Of a DNA stretch of 64,000 nt, positions 1 through 20,829 are shown in pieces (the stretch's first letter is position 1; every line of letters begins with the position of its first letter). A program made the translations under genes and the position numbers. Under the pieces are notes generated by a model. It did not search any database. It had not been told where the DNA came from and worked only from the letters and a program-made list of their open reading frames with translations. The stretch spans positions 1,736,001 to 1,800,000 of the forward strand of contig CAVNZM010000008.1 of NCBI GenBank assembly GCA_963693365.1. Reading direction: 5' to 3'. The DNA comes from Amoebidium appalachense (Eukaryota > Protista > Ichthyosporea).

Positions 1-98
1 CCGTGACACACAGCCCACCCTCCCCACCCCCCCTTTGTACACACACACACGCACACACGCACACACACACACACACATGCACACACACAAACACACAA

Positions 99-135
<37 letters not shown>

Positions 136-360
136 GTCACACACACACACACACACGCACACGCACACACACACACGCACACACATTCACACACACGCAC
201 ACGCACGCACACACACACACACGCACACACGCACAGTCACGGGTGCACTGACGCACACACCGTCACACACACACACGGCATCCAAGTACACAGTGATTTC
301 CCGCCCAGACCTACCTTCCCCATTTTTTTGTCCAAGGGGGCCTTCCGCTTAGGCTAGCAA

Positions 361-835
361 AATATTGCAATATCACCGCAATAACACGCAAACCACACGT
401 AGCACAGGTATGTATCACCTGCCCAGCAGAAATAACACTGTGGTATTCAAATTACCACCAAAGTAACACGACATGCGAAATAACACGAAGATATTATTGT
501 GGTATCACCGGCAGTACCACGGTGATATCGTTGAGATATTCCCTATGTTTCCAATGGCGGTATCACCAAGATATCACGAACGAAATTGCCGGAAATATCA
601 CTGCGATATCACCGTGTGGATGCATGTGATATCACCGTACTACTCCAGTATATCACCATCTAGGGGTACAGTCGCTCGCGGGGCATACCGGTGGTGATTT
701 GGTTATATCACCGTACTATCTCCAGTATCACCGGGTCCGGTCTGAATCCCAGGCGCGGATCCCGCGGTGATATCGGGTGATATTACAGTAATATCACACC
801 GCGGTGATATCACCAATCGCTATTGCGCGATATAG
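361..835. repeat. Cluster of TATCAC/GTGATA motifs in both orientations
   Basis: About 13 TATCAC and about 5 GTGATA copies within ~470 bp, often as gatatcacc or ggtgatatc. Confidence 0.85.
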
Positions 836-1463
836 GGTATTTATTTCTGCATCCACCCGTTACGATTAAGAAATTGTCCGTTACGATTGGCCAAAGGGCG
901 GTATGTACGGTTAACTTTCTGGCGAACGTTAACCCCAGCCCAACCCTGCAGGGCCCAGCCGGACCGGGCGGGGAGGGGGATGATCGGGGGTCACCGGGAG
1001 CTTTTCTCTGATTAAATTTTTTTTTTTTTTCAAAGTAAGTTTTCAGCAACCGTGAGGGATACCAGCAGCTCACTGACACATGTTCACCTTTAAATGATAG
1101 AAAATACAAAAACAAAATTTGACTCTTTTTGACTCAAGTATTGGCTTTGCTTACCAGCTATATATTACAGATATTGTTAATTTTATGTAAATTATTTGCG
1201 TATTTGCACAAGCCCCTACCTCTTTGAATTGCCATTGGGGGTACCTGGTTTGTGTTTTTATCCAATCAAATGCGACTAACACCCGAGGTTTCCAAAAAGC
1301 CATCCGCTCAAGTGAACACAAAAAAAAAAAAAAAAAAACGCTTTCAACTTGCAAGCAAGCACTTTGCACGGTATTTTCTCCACACAGTTTTCACTTGAAC
1401 AAAACATCAGAGATCTAGAGAGCCCCTATATACTATATTCTCGCTTTGGCACAGGTTGGCAAT

Positions 1464-2419
1464 ATGGCTGAGAAAGGCGCGTATGCTGACACCCTCCAGC
1501 GCAACGCGGAGAATGCTCCCCCTGCTTACAGCGAAGCCTCTGGGCCTTTAACCGTGGTGCTTGGAGGTACGCGTACGTGTGGGTGTATGCGCGCGCGCGT
1601 GTGTGCGTGTCCCTCTAGACTTACTGCCTCTCTCTTTATCCCTCTTTCTGTGTGTGTATGCTTCTGTGTGCTTGTGTCTCTGTGGGCACGTGTGTGTGTA
1701 CGTGTGCGCGTAGGTTTTTTGCTCATTCTCCCTCGCTCTTCCTCTCTCTCCCTCTCTCTCTCTCTCCCCCCCCCCCCCTCCCCCCCCCCCTTCTCTCTCT
1801 CCCGCCCCCCCTCTCTCTCTTTCTCTCTGTGTGTGTGCGCGCACGCGGATGTGCAATGTGTGCGTGTGTGCGTGCGGGCATGTGCAGCGCGAGTGTGTGC
1901 ACGTGTGTGCGTGTGTGTCTGTATGCACTTTGCTGCGTTGCCCTTTACACATTTGAAACTGCACAGGAACAGTCAGAGTTTTACCTTTTTAAAATTTCAG
2001 TTCCTTCTGTAAAGCCCTTTTGTCAGGGCGTGGCCACTGACTAAATTTTTTCTCTGTCTGCCAAAATTCTTTCTCCTTTGTGCATCTATGTTTGCGGTTC
2101 TCATCGACTCTTGCCTCCGTTTTTAGCAACTCAGGGGCATACACCACTCCGTGCAGCTCATACAGCGTGTACAGAGTTTGGCCCTCCCCCGCCCTCCCCC
2201 TGGGATTCCTCTCTCCTGTTTCATTTCCCTCCTCAACTCTTGGCTCCTGTCTCTGCCGCATTTGGTGACTAGTTACGGTTAGCCTCCCCTCCCTCCCCCT
2301 CCCTCCTCCCCCCCCCCCCCCCTTCCCCCCCCCTTCTCCCCACTTCCCGCCATCATGCAACACTGCCACCATACTTTCTTGGTGCATCTTCGTATTTTGT
2401 GGCAGTGTGTACGAGATTA

Positions 2420-2454
<35 letters not shown>

Positions 2455-2957
2455 ACACAGATAAGACACACCAGCTGCAGCCGCCTGAGTCGCCCATTGT
2501 CCATTTCGGGAGCCAGTATGTGTTTCCAAAGACCACAGGCTTCACTCTCACTGAGAGGGCACGCCTTCTGCACGACAACGAAGGAGAGATAAAAGATGAG
2601 GATGGTAACACCCTCTATACGTATAAGATCAAGGCGGGTAGCTGGACATGGAGGACTACAATTTGTGATAGGCAGGGTAAGACCATTGCAACATCAAGAG
2701 CTACAAAGGGCGCTTCGTGGACTTCGAGGAGATTTGTGATGGACCCGGAGATGGAAAATACACGCATGCAGGTGTGGATGCACTCTGCTTGTTAGCTGTG
2801 TGTGATTCTGTTCCTACGTTCACTTGTACACAGATGCCCACTCACACTCCACACTCACGTGCCCGTGTCCGTGCCCAAGCATGCACAACACACAGTCCTG
2901 TTCTTGTTGTTTTCGCGCTCATGTTAGGTTGATGGCTGCCCAAGCATGTGTCCTCCC

Positions 2958-3001
<44 letters not shown>

Positions 3002-3080
3002 CCGCCCGCACTTTGCTGCATGCCACCCTTTGCACTGCCCTATTGCCGTCGTTGTGTGCGTTTCAAGTGCCACTGATCCC

Positions 3081-3134
<54 letters not shown>

Positions 3135-3757
3135 CGCACACACACACACATTCCAAAAAAAAAGCAGTAGAAGAAGATGTACTAAAGTGTGTGTGTGTGT
3201 CTGTGGAAGTGGAGGAGGGGGTGAGAACGGGGGAAGAAATACTCATACAGACAAAAGAAATGAGGAGATGAACGAAATAAACCCAAGCCCACCTGCCTTG
3301 GAGCCTTACATAACGAGCTCAAATCAGCACACACAGACATTCACACCGTCACAAGGGATCACCTGCACACACTTTCGTTATTGGGGTAGGGATCGAGGGG
3401 AAACAGGTGTGTGTGGATTGTGGGCCCGGGGGGGGGGGGGGGGGGGGGGGGGTATAAGATTATCTCCTTGGAACGTGAACTTTGAAGAGGTGAGGGAAGG
3501 GGGCGGTGGTAGTCATAATTACGAGATAAAAGCCCTCGAATAAGACTGCGAGACAGGTGAAAACACAAGCATTGACACCCGCATTTTATAATTGCAGGTG
3601 AACTATCCAAGGATGTTTGAGTTTGAGACGTCTCTGCTGGAAAAACCAGTGCCTTATGACAAGGCCAGGGATGCGTTTTTGGAGGCGGAAAAGAAGGGGA
3701 ATAGCCCCGTATTGTTGGTGCTGCTGAAGGGGTTCTGGGGATGCAGGTGTGTGTGTG

Positions 3758-3813
<56 letters not shown>

Positions 3814-4142
3814 ATGGGGGGCGGGGGGCGGGGGGCGGGGGGAAAGATGGGGGGGGGGGGGGGGGGGGGGTTGCAAGTGCTGTTTGGAGTGCACACGTGC
3901 GTGTGTATATACATGGTTTCTTTTGTTATTTCTGCGTGCTTGTGCGCATCTCTTGTAGCTACCACCTGTGTATGAGTATGTAGACACGTGATCTGGTATG
4001 GGATATCGAAGATAAGTGATACCAAATCCTTTTTTTTTTTTTTTTTTTTTGGGGGGGGGGGGGGGGAGGGGGGGGGGGGAGAATGCTCAGTTCCTACGTG
4101 ATGTGCCTGACTCACACACACGTTTACCAGTAGATGACGATA

Positions 4143-4197
<55 letters not shown>

Positions 4198-4727
4198 AGG
4201 GTAGAGGGTGTGTGTGTGTGAAGGCGGGGAGGGGGGGGGGGGGGGAGGGGTGGTAAGAGGAACAGCTCTATGCTGGATATCTTCTCAGCCCATTCGTCCC
4301 CCTTTGCTCAGCCGCTCTTTGTCTCTCTTTGCTCTCTGCCTCTGGCCCGTGCTCATATAAAAAAGGTTGAGAGGAAGGCGGGGAGGTGTGTGTGTGTGTG
4401 ATTTTGGAGGGGGGAAAGGGGGGGGGGACGGAGGGGAGGAAGGAGATTAACTTGATCATGGTCCCTTCCCCGCTCTCCCCTACCCCCCCCCCCCCCCCCC
4501 CCCCCCCTTCTTTTTCTACCCACAGGCAAGCCATCACGGATGCGAGTGGGCGGTTGCTTGCGGTGGTGAAGGAATCCATCGGGTTCACGACCAGCACCTA
4601 TGACGTCATTATATGCACTAACGTGGACACGCTATTGGTTCTTACGACCATCATGATGGTGCACCAGATATGCGAAGAGGAGGAGGCGGGTGGGAGTAAC
4701 CCTACCCCTAGTGCCCCTTCGAGTTGA
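1464..4727 (+). CDS. LURP-one-related (LOR / Tubby C-terminal-like, scramblase-fold) protein; 4 exons
   Basis: Exons 1464-1566, 2461-2771, 3598-3746 and 4526-4727 join with GT..AG sites and consistent phases (1,0,2). Translation: MAEKGAY...PPAYSEA...FGSQYVFPKTTGFTLTER...IKDEDGNTLY...TICDRQGKTIAT...LKGFWGCRQAITDASGRLLAVVKE...TYDVIICTNVDTLLVLTTIMMVHQI. The repeated 'I.D..G..(L/I)' strands and the C-terminal 'Y.V.I..NVD.LL' helix fit the LOR family. Confidence 0.8.
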
Positions 4728-4784
4728 ATGGAATGTGGGGAAATACAAAAAAGGATATCTCTTGATTAATTGGTGGTGGTGTTG

Positions 4785-5110
4785 GATAACCAGAAGAAAG
4801 ATTGTGTTAGATAGCCAGAATAAGGGTGATTGGCCGGAATATTGGTAACGGTGGATATCAAAAATATTGGTGAATGTGGGTAGCCAGTATAATGGTCATG
4901 GTGCACATGGGTAGCCAGAATATTGGAGAATATTAATATTGGTAATGGTGGATCGCTAGAATATTGGGGGATATTGGTAATGGTGGATAGCCAGAATATT
5001 GGTAAATATTGGTAATGGTGGATAGCCAGAATAAGGATAGATCTAAATAGCCAGATAGGTGAATGTTTTATAGCCGAATAAGATTAAGATGGATACTAGA
5101 TAGCCAGAGG
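4785..5110. repeat. Degenerate minisatellite downstream of the LOR gene
   Basis: Repeated ggtggatagccagaatattggtaa-like units. Confidence 0.85.
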
Positions 5111-6019
5111 TGTTGCGTTGCCTTGTTGGGTGTTCAAACTATCATTTTACTGGTTGTATTTCAGGCGAATGTGGTGGGTGTGCTGGATGTGCTTGTTCTC
5201 AGGTCCCAGCTGGGTGGCTTTGCGTCTCATGAACCACAACTTAGTTATTACTGAGGAAAATTGCAAGAGGCTCGGATGCTACTTGAGATATGCGGAAGTT
5301 TGTACGCGGTATGTAGTTAGTTGTGGGATAGAAGAGAGCGGTAGAGTGTGCCTTGACGGCTCTGTATTTATTGCTTATTAAGTCTGTAATTTGTTATAGG
5401 TGCAGCGTGTCTAAACATTTCTGGGAGGCAATCATGCGGTGTATGTCAGCGTGTGAAACTGTAAATCAATGGGCATTAATTTGCGATACGTTTGTTAGAT
5501 ATACTGGTAGATAATGTACAGTGGTTGCAAATAAACTAGGTGCTCGAGAGATAACTATGCTCGTCTCTCACAGTGTCAACACGCTACGCAGATACCAATC
5601 CAATTGGTTTATTTTCTTTTCTGTGTGTGTGTATGTGTGAACGTGTTATCTGTGTGTGTATGCGCGCACATGTGCTGTGTGTGCGGTCGACGGTGTGTGT
5701 ATGTGTCTGTGTGTGTGTGTGTGTGCGTGCGTGTGTGTACATGTGTATGTGTGTATTTGCATGTCCGTGTGCGTCTACGATACAAAACTCTGATCATGAG
5801 TGCGACCAGTTGAATCACGTGCAATATGGTGACTGTTCGTTACGTTGCACGTACACGTTGGCCTTGCGACTTGTGCTCTGTGGCCGTGCATGTGTAATGT
5901 TATGTAATCACACGTGCAAGAGTGTAACCACATATGTAAACGTGTACTTACATGCCGTGGAAGTGTGTCTCATATCGAAAGTCAGGTGCTTTCTGACTCA
6001 TATGAGTACTGGTTACTAT

Positions 6020-6320
6020 ATCAGGCTAGTCGTTCAACAACATACTAATTGACTATATTTAAGTCCGATAGGATGAAATTGCTTTCTAGATATTATTTTC
6101 ACCGCCAATGTATATTATGAAGGCTAGTCGATCAACAACAAAACTAATTAGAATATACTATAATCATTGACGTCCGAGGATGAAATTATGTGCTAAATGT
6201 GAATTTCGTACCACCAATTAATATTCGTACTTTTTTCTTCTTTTCCTGCACTGCCAGGCTGGTCGATCAACAACTTAACTAGTACTGCTTGGCTAAAATA
6301 AAGTCCGATAGATTGAAATT
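6020..6320. repeat. Three degenerate ~100-130-bp direct repeats
   Basis: aggct(a/g)gtcg(t/a)tcaacaac...gtccga...tgaaatt occurs at ~6023, 6121 and 6256. Confidence 0.75.
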
Positions 6321-6455
6321 ACTATAAATCACTATACTATAATACTATGAATCAAACTTTTGTATGTCATGATCCTATGAGTCTTAAATTAGGCAAAATA
6401 TACCTACAGTATTATACAATAGATGCCACAATCGAGCCATGCGCATTTATAAGCC

Positions 6456-12646
<6,191 letters not shown>

Positions 12647-13304
12647 CTGTGTGGGTGTGTACAATCAGTAGCCTATCAGTGTGGCCAACATATAACCTTA
12701 CATGATTATGAGCACGGTGAAGGCCCTATTCCGAATCGGGTTATGGTCCTTATTTACCCTCCTCTCCCTCCCCCCCTCCCCCTTTACCATAAACTGCTAG
12801 TATGCATAGCTCATGGAAAGTAGCACTGTGGCATGGCTGAAGTCAACTGTTCGTGTTTTCCCTTATGCCTCTTTGTGTGATTGTTGTCGCCGTTAAACTT
12901 TGGTGCATTATGCGTCTTTTCCATAAATTATCTATCCAAAACTTTGAAAATCAGGGAGGCGCGGCTGGCCAAAGCGACAAAGAAGTTTTAAGCTCGCAGA
13001 TCTTGGAGTGTTGCAGCTTCCTCTCTGATTTGGTACATTCACGAAAAAACTCGGAGAAAGCTAGCAGGGTTTTTACGCCCTACGAATTGCAATGGCTCTT
13101 TGACGCATAACGGTTATGTACCAGTATTATGACAGCCCCCCTTTATTCGTACCTCTGAGGGGTCACCTGCAAGCGGTTAATATAACATCATGATATAAAT
13201 ATACTTGAATATATGACGTAAATATATCCGAATATATGTAAACATCTATAAATATAACTAAATATATGCCACGTTCCCTCTATGCAACTCTTTGACTCAC
13301 TCAC

Positions 13305-13834
13305 CTGTCCGTTTGATAGGAGGGCTCTCTCCTGCGGTCCGCGCCGTCACTGATCAAACAGTGGTTAGATATCCTCGGTTTTTGTAGATATACTAATAAT
13401 AGTTAGATAGTTTGGGTCACTGTAGACATATTAAAAAAATGTTTAGAAAAGATGGACCACTGCAGTATAGTAAAAAATAGTTAGATAATATGAATCACTG
13501 TAGATTTTCTAATATTGGTTAGATAATATGTGTCTTTATAGATCTGCTACAAACATCCAGATAATATGAGTCACTGTAGATATATTCAAAATAGTGTAAT
13601 ATGGGACACTGTGAGTATTCTAAAAGATGCTTAGATATTATGGGTCACTGTAGATATACCAAAATGGTTAGATAATACGGGTCACTGTGGATATACTAAA
13701 GAATGTTCACATAACCTGGGTCATTGTAGTATTTTTTAGAATTTCTAAAGTTACAGCAGAACCAGTTAGGTTACTGTTCCAGTATCTATTCTAAAAAACC
13801 AAAGTTATATACATAGTTATAACCCTAGTTACTG

Positions 13835-13898
<64 letters not shown>

Positions 13899-14144
13899 TC
13901 TCTAATAGCCATTTGACCGGAGGCTCCTACTATATATATCAATTATCCATAGATGATTAAAGTGTTATTTTAGGTGCACCTACCTGCAGCCGTGTAAGTC
14001 ACTGCCCCAGCCATCCCTTCCAATTTGGAGCACTCCGAATAAATGTTACAGTAGCCACTCATGGGCCCTGTCCGGAAGAACGTGTAGTACTTGCAGCCTG
14101 GAGTGGTGGTGCATGCCTGGTCGTTTTTTGTTTTTTTTTTTGGT

Positions 14145-14208
<64 letters not shown>

Positions 14209-14361
14209 AGGAGGGGGGAAGGGGGGGGGGGGGGGGGGGGGGGATGTGCCGTGCGCATGCAACTGTTAGGAATGCAGTGGTGCAATCAGCATTGGTTGTG
14301 GCTCATCGTCAACAGGCGGCATGCAAAATCCTCCCCCCCCCCCCCCACCTCCCCCCCCACC

Positions 14362-14396
<35 letters not shown>

Positions 14397-16920
14397 ACCC
14401 ACCCACCCACCCACCCCGCCGGTGCTTCCCTTGATGCATACATTTTGATACTATCGGAATAAGAGAAGGACTTCAGGGGGCTCCTTTCGGCCGACTTAGG
14501 CCCTTTCGGGTCAGGCGAAAATGCTGTTTGATGCGCATTTTGCTAATTATAAAGTGTAATTCGCTTTCCGGTCTGACCGTACCCGGGTCCCTTTAAACCT
14601 CGTTTAAGTTAGTAATAGCAGTATGTTTTATCTGTCAGCCTTAGACTCTACACAGTCTCTTGTCTTGTTTTCCAAAGGGTAGTCCGGCAGATGTGGGGGT
14701 GCCAGAACTACATTGGTGGTGGTGGTGGGGGGGGGGGAGGGGGGGAAGGGGGGGGAGGGGGGAGGGGGGGGGGGGAGAAGAGAGTGGGGGGCCTCGGGCC
14801 ATAGAATATATTATCAAATCAGTCTATAAATAGTTCAAGTGCAACATTAATCGTGCAGACTGCAAAACGGAAAACAGTCACAGAGGGTATGCAACACAGC
14901 AGTGTGGGAAGGGGGGAAAAGAGCGGGCGGAAGGAGGCAGGGGGGAGGGGAGGGGGGGGAAGGGGGGGGTGACACACACTGTGGGGGAAGGGGGGGGGTG
15001 ACACACACTGTGGGGGAAGGGGGGGGTGACACACACTGTGGGGGAAGGGGGGGGTGACACACACTGTGGGGGAAGGGGAAGGGGGGGGGGATATGTACCT
15101 ATTCGAATTCGAGGGTGGGATAGCACCGGGGCAGGGGGGAGGGGGAGGGGGAAGGGGGGGGGGAAATATATACTTATTCGAAGTCGACGGTGGGAGAGAA
15201 AAGAAGAGAAGATTAGGCAAACCGGCAGAAACGAAAAAAAAAAAAAAAAAAAAAAAAAACTATGATAATAATAAGAAAGGGCGGGGAGGGGGGGGGGGGA
15301 GGGGGCAGGGAAGAAGGAAGAGGGGGGGGGGGGGGGGGAGGGAGGGGAGGGGGGGGGGGGGGGGGGGGGGGAAGGTTACCGCCTTGCACCGAGCACTGTC
15401 CCTAGCCAGGATCTGATTGGTGATTGCGGCCACAGGGCACATGGCCTCCTTGGCGTGCATCGTGTCTGCGCCGATGTCGTGGCTACCCCCTGGGAATAGA
15501 AAGGCCATGCTAGCATTCCCTCTACTCCCCCCATCTCTCTCATCCTTCCTTTCACGTTGCATCCTATCCCCCCCCCTTTCCCCCCCCTCCCCCCCATCCC
15601 GCCCCTCCTTCCCCTCTCCCCTCCCCTCCGCCGAGCCCCCAAGAACAAAAACCAAAAGTAATACTATAAATAGCCCGGCCGCCTTCCTGCCTTCCTGGCT
15701 CCATCTGATTCTCTCCTTAACCCTTTGTTTGTGGCACGAGGGGGAAAAAGAGGGGGAAATCCTAATTTTCATATATGCCGTGGGAACTAGCCAGCTAAAA
15801 TCTTAGCTTCTCCAACATTTCTACCGCTACTTATCTTAGATTCGGAAAGTTTGAATTTAGCGCACTGCTATGGCTGACATGGGGGCCAAGTGCACACACC
15901 TGTCACGGTGAATGTCTGTGCCGTGCTGTATGGTTGGAGTTGTGGGCATGTGTTGTGCAGGTTGCAGGCAGAGGCCACCGGCCCATCCCCAAAGTAGCTG
16001 TAATGCATGCACCTGCGTGCACATGATTATGGGTGGTGTTAGATGGGGTACATTAAAGGGGGTTTTTTAAGGCCGAATGATTGGCCACTAAGTCTTTCGG
16101 GTCAGGCTCAATCATTGTGTGATGCGCATTCTGCCAGTCATAATGCATACATCCCACCCGGGTCTGACTCGGACCGGATTCCTAAAGAAACCCTCTTAAA
16201 TGAATCGCAAGGGAGATGTTGTATGTAACGTTAACCAAAACTGTGCAAGGGAAATCTTGAAGGCTGATGAATTAATATAGGAGGAAACATGAACATATCA
16301 TCTCGTAAACTACAACTGTCCGAGGCAACATACATATCAAGGCGTTGGGAAACCATGAGTGTGAAGGATATACAAATGATAAGTTATCATTAGCAAAAAC
16401 TGAATGTGCAAGTAAAGAAAACACCCAATGTTACACTTTCTTTCAGGCACGCACCTTGGGTTTGCAATGCACTCCTGGCGACACTGATCCACCGTTACAT
16501 TTTGAACAAAGGATATGCGGGTGGATAGGGAGCAGAACTGATCGGCAGCCACCAGTTGCGTGACCGCTTGGCCATCAGGACCTGCATAGTGAGTTATGTG
16601 GGTTATTCCGTGTTAGGCATTATCTGCTACCTTTTTGATTGTAAGCGGCACTGCACTATAGGCCCTCGCAAAAACATCCCGATTAAGAAATATCCCGACA
16701 TTATCCCGTTTCCCGCGATAGTTTTATTTGTATTCAGGGGTACAAAAGATATTCTTTGATATGCAGGGTACTCTTTGAGATGATTCTGGTGATATTCTGG
16801 ACTTATTTTCGTTATATTTCAGGATATTTCCATTCCAAAAATCAGGGCCATTTTTGGGATATTTTTTAAGGGGGGCTGCTGCACTACCTCTTATGGCATG
16901 CAATGAGTAGATGGGAAGGG

Positions 16921-16956
<36 letters not shown>

Positions 16957-17116
16957 ATGGGGATTTGGAGGGAAAGAACAGGATGCAACGAGTCAGCTGA
17001 GAATTATGTTTTGAAACTTTGCTTCCGCTTTCAAGTTTCTCAATTCTTGCTTTTAAGTCTCTGCTTGTAGAGACAGCCAGAGAATAGGGGAAGAGAGAGG
17101 GAAGGAGTGGGATCAA

Positions 17117-17206
<90 letters not shown>

Positions 17207-17667
17207 ATGCGTGCATGCATGCGTGCATGTGCGTGCGGGCGCGTGTGCACAAGCATGTGTGTGTGCGCGCGCGCTCGCACGCGTGCGTGCGTGTTTGTGT
17301 GTGTGCGTGCGTGTGTGCGTGCGGCCGGAAGGGAGGGGAGGAGAAGCGGGGGGAGGAAGAGGAAGGGAGGCGGGAAGAGGGGGAGGGGGGAGGGGCCACA
17401 ATCTTAGAACACACCTCCCACATGGTAAGTTGTGACGCCATTATAGCAGCAGGCATTGACTCTGTGCAATCTCGGTACATAGAGCATTGGTAGTTGCTTT
17501 CATAGCCAATAAACCGGCATTGGGCCCTTATCTGGCATAAAGTTACACAATCCAGAAGCGATTCCACGGTAATTTTGGCAAGGAGTTGCGAGGGTGCACA
17601 GTTGTTGTTGTGAATGGGCAGGGCTGGGGCATTGGTGGTTGGTGCATCTGCAAAAAGAATAAATAAA

Positions 17668-17739
<72 letters not shown>

Positions 17740-18173
17740 CAAAAATAAACTTGAAATGAATGCGCCCTATTCGTTGCAGGTTCATGTTGTAGAATAGGCT
17801 TGCAATTTCCGGGTAAAATGGGCTGGTACTATTTTGGGGAGCTTTACGGGTGTCATAAGTTATTTGTGCAGTATGAGTGTAAGATGAGATGGGCTGGGCT
17901 AAGCCTCGGAAGAAAAGTTCTTTTACGGGCATTTTCACAATCAATACGTGGGCTTTTGAAATCAAAATTAATATGTGGTAACTTGTATGTTTCGTAGAGC
18001 AGCATTATGAGCATAAATTGATAGCAACAGGGGTTACTTTAAAAGTTACCTTTCACCAGCCAGCTGGAAGCCCCCGGAACGATTAAAGGAGGCCGCGCAC
18101 ACCGTTCATGCAGATTGCAGAAGTTGGCTACGTCCCCGGCAGTATAAAAGGTGATGTATCGACACCCCACGGT
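13305..18173 (-). CDS. Tandem PAN/apple-like Cys modules (at least 4), upstream exons of the esterase gene; 5' end not resolved
   Basis: Exons 18173-18050 ([18 protein letters not shown]), 17647-17415 ([33 protein letters not shown]), 16581-16455 + 16012-15900 ([29 protein letters not shown]), 15489-15380 + 14116-13984 ([29 protein letters not shown]) and linker exon 13349-13305. The pattern C..Cx3Cx5C..(F/Y)x(F/Y)..CxL recurs. The 17415/16581 junction has a phase mismatch that I could not resolve. Confidence 0.75.
13365..13730. repeat. Degenerate ~37-39-bp tandem repeat (intronic)
   Basis: About 9-10 copies of agataatatgggtcactgtagatatactaaaaat-like units. Confidence 0.85.
14476..14607. mobile_element. 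Diverged second copy of the TTAA-associated MITE
   Basis: Shares ctttcgggtcaggc, tgatgcgcatt.tgc and ggtctgac with 16057-16195 and ends in ttaa. Confidence 0.55.
14950..15080. repeat. ~29-bp G-rich tandem repeat, about 4 copies
   Basis: Unit gggggaaggggggggtgacacacactgt. Confidence 0.9.
16053..16199. mobile_element. ~140-bp MITE-like element flanked by TTAA
   Basis: ttaa|agggggttttttaagg ... cctaaagaaaccctc|ttaa, with imperfect ~15-bp terminal inverted repeats. The core is shared with 14476-14607. Confidence 0.6.
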
Positions 18174-18413
18174 CTGTGTAAATTCGGGCATGAGCATATA
18201 TTTGCTGACAATCATATTATTGGTACTTTAACTGATGTGTGGTGTGTGTGCGTGCCTGGGTACACACATTCTTGTGTGAGTGTGTGTGTGCCTGTGTGGG
18301 TTTCCTTTTGTGTGTGTATGGGCACGTCCTTGAGGTATATATGTTTGGAATGTGTGACTGCTTGCCAGTGCTTGCTTGCCAAGTTCAACGTACGAGCGTG
18401 CGTGTGTACGTGC

Positions 18414-18895
<482 letters not shown>

Positions 18896-19548
18896 CCTGG
18901 CAGCCTGCCTGCTCCCGTGTACACTTTCACATGTGTGTGCACCCTACGATATGTATGTGTGTGGACGTGCTACAAGTTGCCTTTGTGTGTGAGTGTGTGT
19001 CGGGCTGTATCCCCGTATTGGTTGTCGCTTCGGTGTCCTTGTGCTCAGGTGTTTGTGTCTTCCTGCCTATGTGTCTGTATGTGTGAGTGTGCGCACATGC
19101 GCACAGACATGTGTGCGAGCTTGTCTGGATACTTGTGGTTTGATTAGTGTGTATGGGGACAGGGGGAAAGGGGGAAAAAGAGAAGAAAAAGGAACGGAGA
19201 CTGGCCACAGGGTCACAGGGAGGATCCTCAAGCGCGGGGAAGGAGGGGGGGGGGGGGGGGGGGGTGGTTAAAGGAACAATTCAAGATCGAAGCCGCCTTT
19301 TCACTAATTTTACCAAGTTTCCCCTTTGCACCACCCACATCGATAACTATGTCTAGCTGGTACTTCAGGTATGGGTCCGTGAGAGGTGGATAATGATTTC
19401 CTTTATCCTTCACACAGCTACACACGTTCGGCTCTCCCCGGTACACTCATGTGTGCCACTGTTGCCAGGCGAATATTTTTTCAGCAGGACATATAGGGAA
19501 ACGTGTGTATGTATTGGGAGGGAGGGGAGGTGGGGGGGGGGGGGGGAT

Positions 19549-19611
<63 letters not shown>

Positions 19612-19632
19612 CAGGGAGGGAGGGAGGGAGGG

Positions 19633-19744
<112 letters not shown>

Positions 19745-20829
19745 AGGGCCGGACAATGGGCCCCGGGGCCTCTAAATTGATAATAACCCTGCCCCCCCCC
19801 CCCCCCTTCCCCCCCCCCCCCCCACCCTTATGCTCCCTCCCCCCCCCCCCCCCCGGGGGCACACACACTTCAGTAGTACGTGGGAGAGTGAAACACACCG
19901 TCGGGTTCATCAGTCACAGTTACACAGGTACCAATTTATTTCATTGTCTCTTTTTGTGTGTGTGTGTTTATGTACGTATGCGACGTGATGGGGACCCGGT
20001 GTGTGTGTGTGTGTGTGTGTCAGTGTGTGTGCGCGTGTATGTGTGTAGATTACATATGACCGTGGTGGAACGGGTTGTGTGTGTGTGTAAATATATATAT
20101 ATATACCAGTGCGCCACTGTGTTTATGTGACCCGGTCACTATGGTACGCGTGGTGATGTGTGTGTGTGTGACCGTGGTGGTGGTGTGGGTGTCGATCGTG
20201 CTGAACTTCTTCACATATGGTGCTTCTTTGTTCGGCCCTTTTTTGACTTGAGTTCAATAATACATGTCAGGCACACGTGCACAAGCGTAGACGCATGTTT
20301 ACATGCCGCTGAATTGAAGCCGATGTTTTGGCAGTCAGATCATCTGGAATCAACCCGGTTTCATATCTACTATAAGAAAATACTATACTAATTGATCACT
20401 TATAGATCGGGGCAGTCTCAGAATGGATATTGAATACAATCACTACTATGATACTGATTACGAGATAGTCGCTTAGATAGCGTCACCGGATATCCAACAA
20501 GGTATACCAAGTGTGAAAATTCACGCATACACGTACACTTAAGGTTTTGCCCGCTGGCGTCCTTTGTCACTTGTCGCTTTATTTTTATTTCGTAGCTTTT
20601 GGCTTTTTCAGTTCTATTGGTGGTTATGTAGCCTGTGGCTGCACGTTGCCTTCATCAACGGATCAATAAACCCGAGTTAAAAGAAAAAAATTCAACCGTG
20701 GGACTCTCAATCAAAACTTCATGTAATCGATATCGATTAGCAACATTTCAAGTCTGTCGACAACATACTACCCGACTATAAAAAAAGTCAGATAGGAAGA
20801 AGCATATATTATAAGTATCAAACAACTAT

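Noticed and set aside
13153-13166. Possible 14-nt microexon (cag|gtgacccctcagag|gt) in the PAN-esterase gene
   Set aside because: Inclusion would break the phase-1 junction to exon 12646, and no compatible acceptor was found.
20283-20345. Candidate upstream PAN exon (SAACKHASTL joining TVGC)
   Set aside because: The spacing fits, but the second Cys is Ser, the donor is weak, and an in-frame stop follows the nearest acceptor.
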